Notes: generated from the letters alone by a model not told the origin. 64,000 nucleotides of DNA from a virus (IMGVR_UViG_3300033233_000015:46082-110081), one strand, 5' to 3'. Shown: positions 38,783-47,852, numbered from the stretch's first letter. Made by a program: numbers and translations.

Positions 38783-39502
38783 ATGGCCGATCTCGTTCTC
38801 AAAGGCGGAGCCCCCAACTCCACAACGATCGGTGTCCCGTTCACGCCCTTGATGGTGGACGCGACATACAACGCCGCTCGCGTCACGTTGAAGCCGGACG
38901 AGTACAACTTCGGATCGTTCAACGGGGGTCACTACCGTACCGCGCAAGTATCAGGCGCGCTGACTGGCGTAGGCGCAGCGGGTGCCGTCTTCTCGATGCG
39001 GTGGGCGAACACGAACGGTCTCTTTCTTCTGAAGCGCCTCCTCGTCGGCTACGCGATCACGACCGCGTTTACCGCGGGGCAGCTCGTAGACTTCGATGTC
39101 GTGCGCGACAGCGCGTTCACTGCGGCCGACACGGGCGGAACGGCGCTCACGCCGTTCATCGGAAACAACGCGAAGAAGCGCTCCTCCACCATGGCTACGA
39201 GCCAGGTAGCTGACATGCGTATCTCTTCAACCGCAGCGCTCGGAGCGGGCACGAAGACCGCGGACACGAATCCGTTCGGATACGCGACGACCGCTCCGAC
39301 CAATCTCGCTGTCCCTACAGCCACCGTCGCTGGCGGCTTCATGCAGCTCACGGAGATGTACGTTCAGGACGCGAACGCGGCCCACCCTGAGATGTTCGGC
39401 GCGAACGAGGGCTTCAACATCCGTAACGTGACCGCGATGGGTGCTGCAGGTGTCATCAAGCTCTACGTCGTCTGCGATTGGGCCGAGGTGCCGGGCCTGT
39501 AG
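38783..39502 (+). CDS. beta-rich putative virion protein
   Basis: GAGG SD; A/T/G-rich; TGGTALTP motif similar to 37747. Confidence 0.65.
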   Translation: MADLVLKGGAPNSTTIGVPFTPLMVDATYNAARVTLKPDEYNFGSFNGGHYRTAQVSGALTGVGAAGAVFSMRWANTNGLFLLKRLLVGYAITTAFTAGQLVDFDVVRDSAFTAADTGGTALTPFIGNNAKKRSSTMATSQVADMRISSTAALGAGTKTADTNPFGYATTAPTNLAVPTATVAGGFMQLTEMYVQDANAAHPEMFGANEGFNIRNVTAMGAAGVIKLYVVCDWAEVPGL

Positions 39503-39522
39503 TCGGCTCGGCGTAGCGCGCC

Positions 39523-41715
39523 GTGCTCGACAATCTACTCGGCGGAATAGGACTCGAAGAAGTCGGCCAACCGCCGACGACGCTTCGATCGCAAAGACCC
39601 GTAGCGCCGTCGAGCGGTGAGGACTTCGTAGGATCTCTCCCGCCGCTTGAGGAGCAGTCGACACCGACGCGCGTGTGGAAATCGCGCGCGCAGCTGCCGG
39701 CAAATCGTGACGAAGACTTCGTCTCCACGACTGTCGTTGCTCTCGACGAGGATCCCGCACTGGCCCGATCCAGGGCTCGAGCGATCGTCTCGATCGTCAC
39801 AAGAGGAGAAGACTTCGCAGGATCGCTTCCGCTAGAGGAAGATCCCTCTCGAGTCACGCAGCGCCGTCGACAACCGGTGATCGCTTTCGCTCGAGAGGAG
39901 GAGTTCGGGCTTCCGCACCCCGTCGATGAGTCGGCGCTCATCGCGCGCGCGCGCCCTCGTTCGCCAGCCCCGATCACTTCTCGTGGAGAGGACTTCGCAG
40001 GCAGCCTCCCGCTCGAGGAGATCGGCACGCTCGCGGCAGTTCGGCGTCGATCGGCATCGATCGCGGTATCGCGTGACGAGGAGTTCGGCGCGACGCATCC
40101 ATCGGAAGACTCTCCACTGCTCGCGCGGTTGGCCCGCCGAGCGCTGCGATGGGTGCTTGGTCAGAGCGAAGACTTCGCGGGCAGTTTGCCCCTGGAGGAG
40201 CTCGCCCCGCCTGTTCAGATCACGGCTCGCAAGCGATCGATCGTCTGGACGGTCGGCGAAGACTTCGCGGGAAGCCTGCCGCTCGAAGAGGACGCAGCGA
40301 GATCGCTGATCACGCCGCGCAAGCGCTGGATCAGCTGGACGGTCGGTGAAGATTTCGCCGGATCGTTGCCTCTCGAAGAGTTCTCACCGATCGTTCGCGG
40401 AGGCTCTCCGCGTCGCCACGCGACGACGATCGTCGCAGAGGATTTCGCGGGATCTCTTCCGCTAGAAGAGCTCAGTTCGTTCTCATCGACACCGACGACG
40501 AAGCGCACGCACTCGCCGACCTTCGGGCACGAAGACTTCGCGGGATCGCTTCCGTTCGAGGAATCGTCTTCCGTCGTTCGTCGGGAGACGTTGCGTCGAT
40601 TTTCGCTACCGACCTTCGGGGAGGACTTCGCCGGCGCGTTGCCGACAGAAGATCCCGTACCTGGGGCGGTAGTTCGAGCTCGACAACGGATTCCGCCGAT
40701 CTCTACGGACGAAGAGTTTGGGGCTTCGCACCCAATAGAGGATCAGCCATCGAGCGCGATTGTTCTGTCGCTCGCGCGCGCAAGGGGCCGTGCACCTATC
40801 GTCGAGGATTTCGCAGGATCGCTTCCGCTAGAGGAAGAGACCACGAGCGCGCGAGTGATCGCCAGGGTGAGGATTTCGACCGTAGAGTCGATCGGCGAAG
40901 AGTTCGGCTCCGCTCATCCGATCGAAGAAGAGGCCGCGCCGCCCATCTCCCGCCGCATCCGTCGGTGGTTCACGATCACGGTCGAGGAGCATTTCGCTCC
41001 CGCGCCCCCACCACCGCCTCCGCCACCGCCTCCGCCCCCGACACCATCTCAACTGAGCGGCGGAGGTACGGGATGGTTTGGGCCGCGCGAGCTCCCTCCG
41101 ATTCCGTACTGCCCTCCCGGATGGCTGCCGAAGCCCATCAACGAGTACGAGTACGAGTGCGAGGCTGATCTCGCGATCCTGCACGAACAAGGGGCCATCG
41201 TCCGCGCGTTCGCGGACGGCATCGTCGAATCGTTCGTCGATGACAAGGGCCGCACTACGATGGTGCTCACGGACGACGGAGGCACCCGCTACTGGTACGC
41301 CGACATCGGGGAGAAGATCGCCAAAGATGGCGCGCGCGTGAAGAGCGGGCAGATCATCGCTCGCGTCAGGCCGAACGCGGCAACCGCGCCAGCGATCACT
41401 CCGCGCACTGCATCGCGCGCGCTGCCTTCTGCCACGTCGATCTCGGAGCCTGAACCAAAGCCGAAGCCCGTTCAGATCGTGTTCGTAGAGCCGCCGCATC
41501 CGCCGATTTCAAACTTCGTGATTCGGATGCCATCGACACCGCCGCCTCTACCGATTCCGCCACCAGCGCCGCCTAGACCGAACGAGTGGGGCGTGCAGTC
41601 GCCGACGCTGCGCCGCGGTCAAGAGACCGAGATCGTTCGGGCGGTCGTTTACATCGGAGGGGTGGCCGCTCTTCTCTACGCGCTCACGCTGCTCGATCCA
41701 TCGAGACGGAAGTAA
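39523..41715 (+). CDS. Repeat protein (about 16 EDFAGSLPLEE-type units) + degenerate M23-like domain + C-terminal TM
   Basis: Units of about 30 aa; VRAFADGIV...YWYADI...GARVKSGQIIARV; TM-RRK. Confidence 0.75.
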   Translation: MLDNLLGGIGLEEVGQPPTTLRSQRPVAPSSGEDFVGSLPPLEEQSTPTRVWKSRAQLPANRDEDFVSTTVVALDEDPALARSRARAIVSIVTRGEDFAGSLPLEEDPSRVTQRRRQPVIAFAREEEFGLPHPVDESALIARARPRSPAPITSRGEDFAGSLPLEEIGTLAAVRRRSASIAVSRDEEFGATHPSEDSPLLARLARRALRWVLGQSEDFAGSLPLEELAPPVQITARKRSIVWTVGEDFAGSLPLEEDAARSLITPRKRWISWTVGEDFAGSLPLEEFSPIVRGGSPRRHATTIVAEDFAGSLPLEELSSFSSTPTTKRTHSPTFGHEDFAGSLPFEESSSVVRRETLRRFSLPTFGEDFAGALPTEDPVPGAVVRARQRIPPISTDEEFGASHPIEDQPSSAIVLSLARARGRAPIVEDFAGSLPLEEETTSARVIARVRISTVESIGEEFGSAHPIEEEAAPPISRRIRRWFTITVEEHFAPAPPPPPPPPPPPPTPSQLSGGGTGWFGPRELPPIPYCPPGWLPKPINEYEYECEADLAILHEQGAIVRAFADGIVESFVDDKGRTTMVLTDDGGTRYWYADIGEKIAKDGARVKSGQIIARVRPNAATAPAITPRTASRALPSATSISEPEPKPKPVQIVFVEPPHPPISNFVIRMPSTPPPLPIPPPAPPRPNEWGVQSPTLRRGQETEIVRAVVYIGGVAALLYALTLLDPSRRK

Positions 41716-41804
41716 GGCTTCTTCTCCCTCCGTAATATTTCTTCTCCTCGATCGCGTGCTAACCGCGCGACTTCGCATGCGTGCGCGATGGCCGCGCTCT
41801 TGCG

Positions 41805-42071
41805 ATGAGGCCAGGCATGCTGCGCGAATACGAGTGGGAGCCGAACGGTCGCTGCGACGGGTGCCGCAAGAAGATCGAGGTCGTCCTCGGTCCGATGTTC
41901 AACCGCACCGCGCGCGGGTGGGACAACTGGATCCCACGCGTTCGCGCTCAGGAGCTCGCGCGCGAGGGCGTCTGTCCGTGGTGCGGACAGCGAACGACTA
42001 CGCCGTCGCGCACGCTGCTCGGACGGTTCGAGCGCATCTTGCGTGCGTACGAGAGGGAGTCCTGCTCATGA
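41805..42071 (+). CDS. small Zn-finger protein
   Basis: CDGC...CPWCG; start uncertain. Confidence 0.5.
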   Translation: MRPGMLREYEWEPNGRCDGCRKKIEVVLGPMFNRTARGWDNWIPRVRAQELAREGVCPWCGQRTTTPSRTLLGRFERILRAYERESCS

Positions 42072-42361
42072 TCCAGGCCGAGTACGACTGGCTAGTCAAT
42101 GTGATCGCCGAGTGGAACGGCTTCGACGCGCGTGCTGTCCGTGAGCGCATCGAGCGCGCTCTTTGGGAGGGCGACGTCGACACGCTCTTCGATTTGGCGC
42201 CGTGTCGATGTTGCTGCCACGAGCACACGTTCGAAGACTGCTTCGCGCGGATCTGGAACGACTGCCGCGGCCAGTACACGATGACGCGCGCTGAGATCGA
42301 ATCGTGGGCGTCGCACTACGAACGGTTCCACGGAATGACGCGCGACGAGTTCTACGGGTGA
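42068..42361 (+). CDS. hypothetical Cys-rich protein
   Basis: GGGAG SD, coupling. Confidence 0.55.
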   Translation: MIQAEYDWLVNVIAEWNGFDARAVRERIERALWEGDVDTLFDLAPCRCCCHEHTFEDCFARIWNDCRGQYTMTRAEIESWASHYERFHGMTRDEFYG

Positions 42362-42968
42362 GGGTAGAATCGCAAGCATGTTCGGGAACTACACGAGACC
42401 CCCGTATCGTCGATGACGAACCTGAGTCCCTATTACGACGATTACGTCGACCACGATCACTCCTTCTACCGCACGCGCAAATCCGCGCCATCGCTGTCAC
42501 CGTGGCCTCAATTCGAACGCTTGGCACCCGACGAAGGGTACGTCCCGAAGCTCGGCAGTCGTCCGCAGCCGCCGCCGTGTCCCATCGAGCTCGCGATGAT
42601 CGACGTCTTGCGTGAGCGCATCGCCGTGTCCGACGTGCAGCCGTCGTCGACGTTTCTCGCGTGGGCGCAGAGCGGAGCTCGGGAGCGCAAGTCGCGTCGA
42701 CGTCGCGCGCGGCCGAGCGGGTTCGAGGAGCGCAACTATCGCCCCTCGTCGATCTCGATCTCGCGCTTGTTGCGCCCGCATCCGAGGCAGCGCCCTCTGA
42801 GCTTGCCGTGACGACTGCAATCGTACTGCCGCGTGATGCTCAGACCGTCGCTCACGCCGCCGCCAGTGCCGAGCAGCTCCTCGACTTGCACGAACGCTCC
42901 GTCACCCGATCGTCTCGCGAACTTCGGGCCGTTCCTCCAAAGCTGATCTCGCTTCACGTCGTCGTCCA

Positions 42969-43565
42969 TCACGCCACCTTCCTCTTGAGATCGTCGATGA
43001 ACGCCAGGAGATCGGGCGTCGCACGGAACCATTCGCCCCTGATGCGCGCGTGGGCGAAGCGCTTGTGCAGCGCGCTCTCTACTTCTCGGTTGCCCTCGAT
43101 GATTGCTAGCACCGACAGAAGATGCGGGGTGCCGACCACCATGGCTTTCACGCGCCTGTCGACGTTCTTCGCGGTGCCGATCTTGATCGCGTGCATGCCG
43201 CTCTCTTGAACGAAGTAGACCTTGTGAACGCCGAATGCCCGAAGCGTGAGCTGGCGACATGGCGCCACCGAAATCGGACGCGACCGAACCGAGCGCGAAT
43301 CGGTGCGCCCCGTGTTCGGATCAACCTCGTGAAGAAAGCACCAATCCCTCGCGCATTCGAAGACCGAGTCTTCGCGCGGTGACCAGAGTCCCCACGCGGG
43401 ATCCAGCCAGACCTGCCCCTGACGATCGCTGCCAATCGCAATTTGGCGACGCATCATTAGATCGTTGATGATGCTGACGCGCGCAGCGCAAGCGGCGACG
43501 GGACCACCGAGAAGGGCGGCTCGCTGCGCTTTGAGCCATGCGAGGGTCTTCGTTTCTTGATTCAC
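42969..43565 (-). CDS. T5orf172/GIY-YIG-like domain protein
   Basis: VYFVQ...IKIG...ESALHKRFAHARIRGEWF. Confidence 0.8.
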   Translation of the reverse strand: MNQETKTLAWLKAQRAALLGGPVAACAARVSIINDLMMRRQIAIGSDRQGQVWLDPAWGLWSPREDSVFECARDWCFLHEVDPNTGRTDSRSVRSRPISVAPCRQLTLRAFGVHKVYFVQESGMHAIKIGTAKNVDRRVKAMVVGTPHLLSVLAIIEGNREVESALHKRFAHARIRGEWFRATPDLLAFIDDLKRKVA

Positions 43566-44704
43566 CGAAAATCTCCTTGCAGCACCTTCAGCCAGTCGTC
43601 GAACGTACGCTCCGAGCTCTCAGCCTTCGGTGTCGCGGGTCGCGCGGGCCGCATCGCGAGCGCTTCGTCGATCGCGCCCTTCGCGACAGACTCTTCGACC
43701 AACTCCGCACGACGGATGTACCCCAACACCTCGCGCGCATTGCGATGCCCGGACGCTTCCATGATGTCGGGGATCTTGCGGCCCATCTTGTACATCGTGG
43801 TGATGAACCCGCTTCTCAGGGAGTGGCCCCCGAAGTCGCTTGGATCGAGGCTTGGATCGATCTTCGCGAGCTTCGCGACGTAGTGCTGGATGCGCAGCGA
43901 GACCCCTTTCGCCATCAGCGCCCCGTCCATGACGGCGAGTCCGTTGGGGGAGATGCCTCGGAAGACGGGTCCGCTCGAGATGTGCGAAGCCGAGAGCCAC
44001 GCGCGCAGCGCGCGCACGGGGCAGTAGCGCACGTCTTCACCGAGCGTGATGGGGACGTCGAGTCCCTTGCCCGTCTGATCGGCTTTGCTGCGCGGGATCT
44101 TCCACCGAAAGTGGCCGCCAGCCAGAGGCGCAAAGTGTTCGACGCGAGCAGCGACGATCTCGCTGCGGCGCCGACCACCCCCCTGCCATCCGACGAGGAG
44201 CATCGCGCGGTCGCGTACGCCGCGCAGATCGTCCTCTATCGCGTCGCACACGCGGAACAGCAGCGATTCCGCCGCGCCAAGGTCGCGCTTCTGCTTTTTC
44301 GGTCCCGTCCCCTTCTCCCGAGCGAGCGTGTCGCGATCGACAATGATAAGTGGATGATTCCAGACGCTTGCGCGCCCTGAGGTGATTTCGCTCGTACAGA
44401 TGGCCGCGAGAGCGCGCATGAGCGCACTGAACCCGAGCGGCCCCTTAGGTCGGCCGCTTGGGACATCGTCGGTGTGACGTCCCGAGTCGGCGAGCTCGCG
44501 CAGGTACAAGCGGACGAGCTTTGGTTCTACAGGCGCGGCTCGAGCCCCGTGGCGGGTGCACCAAGAGGCAAAGCAGGCCAATTCGAACTCGTACGCCCGC
44601 CGCGTGTTCGGCGGTACGGCCGCGTCCGCTGCTTTCTCCGCGCGCGCGTTGAGCGCAAGCAGCTCCGTGCGCGCGGTCTCGATGGCGACGGGCAATGTAG
44701 GCAT
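43562..44704 (-). CDS. Cre-like tyrosine recombinase
   Basis: NTRRAY N-terminal domain; RDRAMLL..RRSE, SKADQ, CPV, HSLRSG, GH, Y; start at 44704 or 44722. Confidence 0.9.
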   Translation of the reverse strand: MPTLPVAIETARTELLALNARAEKAADAAVPPNTRRAYEFELACFASWCTRHGARAAPVEPKLVRLYLRELADSGRHTDDVPSGRPKGPLGFSALMRALAAICTSEITSGRASVWNHPLIIVDRDTLAREKGTGPKKQKRDLGAAESLLFRVCDAIEDDLRGVRDRAMLLVGWQGGGRRRSEIVAARVEHFAPLAGGHFRWKIPRSKADQTGKGLDVPITLGEDVRYCPVRALRAWLSASHISSGPVFRGISPNGLAVMDGALMAKGVSLRIQHYVAKLAKIDPSLDPSDFGGHSLRSGFITTMYKMGRKIPDIMEASGHRNAREVLGYIRRAELVEESVAKGAIDEALAMRPARPATPKAESSERTFDDWLKVLQGDFR

Positions 44705-44727
44705 AGGTAGTAGAGAACGCATTGGCC

Positions 44728-44768
44728 GATAACGACACCTTATCACCCACGCTCTGGACTTGTCCAGA
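44728..44768. promoter_or_regulatory. Candidate recombination core site and accessory palindrome
   Basis: GATAA-N7-TTATC (44728-44744) and TCTGGAC-TT-GTCCAGA (44753-44768) immediately upstream of the recombinase. Confidence 0.5.
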
Positions 44769-45052
44769 AGTCGTCGATCGCGACGCGCGGCGCCGGCCGC
44801 GCGCGCGTCGAGTTCGCGAAATCGCGAAAATCGCGCTGCGCACCCATGTTTCCCCGCTGCGCGCGGCCTCTGCGCAGGGGGTTCCTGGGCGGTTCGCGCG
44901 GCGGGTACGCCCCCACCCACTGGATCGCGCCGTTCGTTACGATTTCGCTCGAAATTCGCTCCGCGTTCGCTCCCGACCGTGTAGCGCGTCGATTTTTTGC
45001 CCCGAGCGGCATCGATGGCTACGCTCTCCACCTTCAACGGAGGTCCGGTCCA

Positions 45053-45862
45053 ATGGCAACGACGCAAAAGTGGGTGCTCCTCAACATCGATGGCGTTCCG
45101 CTCGACCCGAGCGACGCGCAGAAGCTCGTCGACGCGCTCAACGAGGACAACGGCGAGTGCGGTCCGTTCGCTCAGGCGACAGGTCGATCGGCCAGCGTGC
45201 GACTCGGCGCGAGCTCCGACGATCGGCAGGTGGACGAGTACGCGATGAACATCCGCCACTCGATCCCTGAAGCGCCCGGCGCGCTCGCTTACCACTACGT
45301 CACCAACGGCGTCCCCGACATCGAGCTCGGATGGGACCTATTCGACGGCGTGATCGACGGCCCCGACCCGTTCAGCGTCGGCGTGGACCATGAGCTGAAA
45401 GAGGCTCTGCGCGATCCCGGTGCGAACGGGTGGAAGGACGGCGTCAACTCGAACGGCAAAGCGAGCGCCGACGAAGCCTGCGACAAGGTGCAGAACACCT
45501 TCCGCAAGGCGAGCAACGGCGTCACGCTGTCGAACTTCCTCCTCGAGTCGGCGTTCATTCCGGGAGCTGCCGCGCCGTACGACGCGCTCGGCGTGATGAC
45601 ATCGCAGGACGATCTCTCGAACGGCTACGACATCGAGGCCGACGTCGAGAACGTGACGCAGGTGCATAGCGACGCGGATACGGACGGATCACGGGCGCTG
45701 ATCGCGATCGAGAAGCACGCGACGAAGCGCAAGGTCACGATGCGCAACGCGACGAACCTCACACCGAAGCAGCTCAAGAGGAAGACGCACCCATGGAGCC
45801 GCGCGCACCGTCGCGGGTTTCGGCACTTTCACGAATCCGCCAGCGAAGGCGGTGAGGTGTGA
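45053..45862 (+). CDS. putative zincin-like metallopeptidase
   Basis: GGAGG SD; GALAYH...DHELKEALRDP...EACD...LSNF. Confidence 0.55.
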   Translation: MATTQKWVLLNIDGVPLDPSDAQKLVDALNEDNGECGPFAQATGRSASVRLGASSDDRQVDEYAMNIRHSIPEAPGALAYHYVTNGVPDIELGWDLFDGVIDGPDPFSVGVDHELKEALRDPGANGWKDGVNSNGKASADEACDKVQNTFRKASNGVTLSNFLLESAFIPGAAAPYDALGVMTSQDDLSNGYDIEADVENVTQVHSDADTDGSRALIAIEKHATKRKVTMRNATNLTPKQLKRKTHPWSRAHRRGFRHFHESASEGGEV

Positions 45863-46680
45863 TGACGCGCGAGCACTGGCGCCGCGCGACGATCGGAGAA
45901 TGGTTTCAGATCGTTCTGCTCACCGTCGTCTTCGCGGTCGCGGCGGTGCAATACTCGCCGATCGCTACCGCGCTCGACAGCGTTGCGGCGTCCGCGTCGG
46001 TCGCTGCTGCGGCACTGCCCGAGCCAAGCGCGTCTGCGACAGCAGATCCTCCTCCCGCACCTCGGGTGGCGGTATCCGCCAACCTCGCGGCGTACGTGCT
46101 CGAGGCGTTCACCGCATGGAAGAAGCCGGGACGCGACGCGGTGTCGTACATCGATGTCGCGAACGACATCGCTGAAGCGTGCCTCGCGACCGAACCGCTA
46201 TGGCCGAACGACGCGAGGGGCGCGCGTTGCGCGATCTTGCTCGCATCGCTCGCCTACTACGAAGGCGCTCTACTCGCGTACGTCGACGACGGCCGCGTGA
46301 ACGACGGCAAGTGGCGCGAGCGGGAGTTCAAGAAGGGCCTCATCTGGAGCCCGAACATCTCCGACGACGGAGAGGCGTACTCGCTCTGGCAGATCCACCC
46401 CGAGAAGGGGATCGTGCTCACGAGCGATGGCGAGTGGAAGCACTCCGAGGGTGCCGTCACCGACACGCAGGGCAATCGAAAGTCGGGCGTCATCATCGGC
46501 TCGGACCTCACGAAGAATCGGAAGCTCGCCGTGCGCGTCGCCATCGCGTTCATCCGCAAGAGCCTGCGCGTGACACACTCGCTCGTCGGTTACACGGGCG
46601 AGACGGCGGCAACGGGCTACGGCAAGGCGCGCTCGCGCGAGCTCTTCGCGTCGAATTGGGTGAAGCGTCACCCGCTCTAG
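45859..46680 (+). CDS. Lysozyme/SLT-like protein with N-terminal TM
   Basis: LAYYEG...DDGEAYSLWQIH. Confidence 0.55.
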   Translation: MMTREHWRRATIGEWFQIVLLTVVFAVAAVQYSPIATALDSVAASASVAAAALPEPSASATADPPPAPRVAVSANLAAYVLEAFTAWKKPGRDAVSYIDVANDIAEACLATEPLWPNDARGARCAILLASLAYYEGALLAYVDDGRVNDGKWREREFKKGLIWSPNISDDGEAYSLWQIHPEKGIVLTSDGEWKHSEGAVTDTQGNRKSGVIIGSDLTKNRKLAVRVAIAFIRKSLRVTHSLVGYTGETAATGYGKARSRELFASNWVKRHPL

Positions 46681-46901
46681 GGATCGAGCGCGGCGGCTCG
46701 GTCCGCTCGGATCTCGTTCAGCAGATCGGTGCATCGCTTCTGCACGCTGGTGAGGTTCTCGTTGAGAAGTCGTCGATCCTCTACGAGCTCGACGACCGCT
46801 TTCGCAAGCGTCTTGGCGTCGTCCACGTAGCTTCGGCTCTTTCCGTCGAGACACGCTTGTGCGCGTTGGAGCAACCCCGCTTCGTCGGACGCTGTGATCA
46901 T
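46677..46901 (-). CDS. small coiled-coil protein (paralog of 33359..33592)
   Basis: GKSRSYVDD; TATACT 6 nt upstream. Confidence 0.65.
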   Translation of the reverse strand: MITASDEAGLLQRAQACLDGKSRSYVDDAKTLAKAVVELVEDRRLLNENLTSVQKRCTDLLNEIRADRAAALDP

Positions 46902-46952
46902 AGCTGGAGTATACTTCAGGCGTCAGAAGATGAGCCGCGAGGGCGTTTCGAG

Positions 46953-47291
46953 ATGGTGAACACCTACCACTGGCTGATGCACCAAGACCCGAGCTCGGGC
47001 GCGTGGGACACGCTCTACCAGGGATGGGAGACGTGGCGAGTTCTCGCGATCACCGAAGAGCGCAAGTACCGCAACGAGAACATCGGCGAGTTCACGATCA
47101 CCGATGAGCCAGGCGCGCACTGGCAACCGTTTCACTTTCTCGTCATGCGAGGCGGCACCAACGACTATGGCGACGTGACGCCACCGCAGCCGACCTCTTC
47201 TCCGGGCTCAGGGAGTCACGGCGGCGCGATCATGTTGGGCGTCGCGGCGGTCGCTGCGGTCGGTCTCGTCTTCGTAGCGGTATCGCGATGA
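46953..47291 (+). CDS. tail-anchored membrane protein
   Basis: C-terminal TM. Confidence 0.6.
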   Translation: MVNTYHWLMHQDPSSGAWDTLYQGWETWRVLAITEERKYRNENIGEFTITDEPGAHWQPFHFLVMRGGTNDYGDVTPPQPTSSPGSGSHGGAIMLGVAAVAAVGLVFVAVSR

Positions 47292-47509
47292 GCCGTCGCG
47301 ATCGCCGAGCTGCCGCGGCGCGGAAGCGCCGCGAGAAGCATCCGAAGATCGACTTCAAGTGCCCGTTCTGCGGTCTCGCCGTCAGCGCTGATGCGGGCCG
47401 CATGTCCGTCGCGCACGCCGAGCCGACCTGCGAGACGTTCAAGGGCCTCAATCCGCTTGCGTTTATGCAGGCCGTCCGCGAGAGAGTTGCGCCCGAAGCC
47501 GAAGGCTAG
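47288..47509 (+). CDS. small Zn-binding protein
   Basis: CPFCG...H...C. Confidence 0.55.
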   Translation: MSRRDRRAAAARKRREKHPKIDFKCPFCGLAVSADAGRMSVAHAEPTCETFKGLNPLAFMQAVRERVAPEAEG

Positions 47510-47522
47510 GACAATGCTCGCG

Positions 47523-47852
47523 ATGGATGAGGCCGACGAGGCGGAGGAAGCGGAGGACGCGGCGATGGACGACGACGAGACGAGCGAAGAGATCCACCCC
47601 GATGTCGAGTTCGCGGTCGACGACGCCTCTGGTCGAGAACGCATCTTCAAGACCTTCGACGAGGCGGCGGGGTTCGCGGTTTCCCTCGCAGCATCAGGTC
47701 GCGAGTCGGCGATCGACGTGCTCATCTGGAGCGAAGAGGGAGCCGAAGCGTACGGCGGCGACGATGCGGTGGAGCAGTATCTCGAAGATCCCGACGCGAG
47801 CGTCTTCGAACGGCTCGAGATCAAGGTCAACAACGCGGGGAGCGTGCCGTGA
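47523..47852 (+). CDS. highly acidic small protein
   Basis: D/E-rich; GACAAT 7 nt upstream. Confidence 0.65.
   Translation: MDEADEAEEAEDAAMDDDETSEEIHPDVEFAVDDASGRERIFKTFDEAAGFAVSLAASGRESAIDVLIWSEEGAEAYGGDDAVEQYLEDPDASVFERLEIKVNNAGSVP

Noticed and set aside
39600-40940. Regularly spaced DNA repeats (GAAGACTTCGC...) with unique spacers resembling a CRISPR array
   Set aside because: Repeats vary mainly at synonymous positions, stay in frame within one 730-aa ORF, and no cas genes are present; they are protein repeats
44705-45295. N-terminal extension making the recombinase 577 aa
   Set aside because: Runs through the palindromic non-coding region and antisense to the 45053 gene; recombinase similarity starts near 44704-44722
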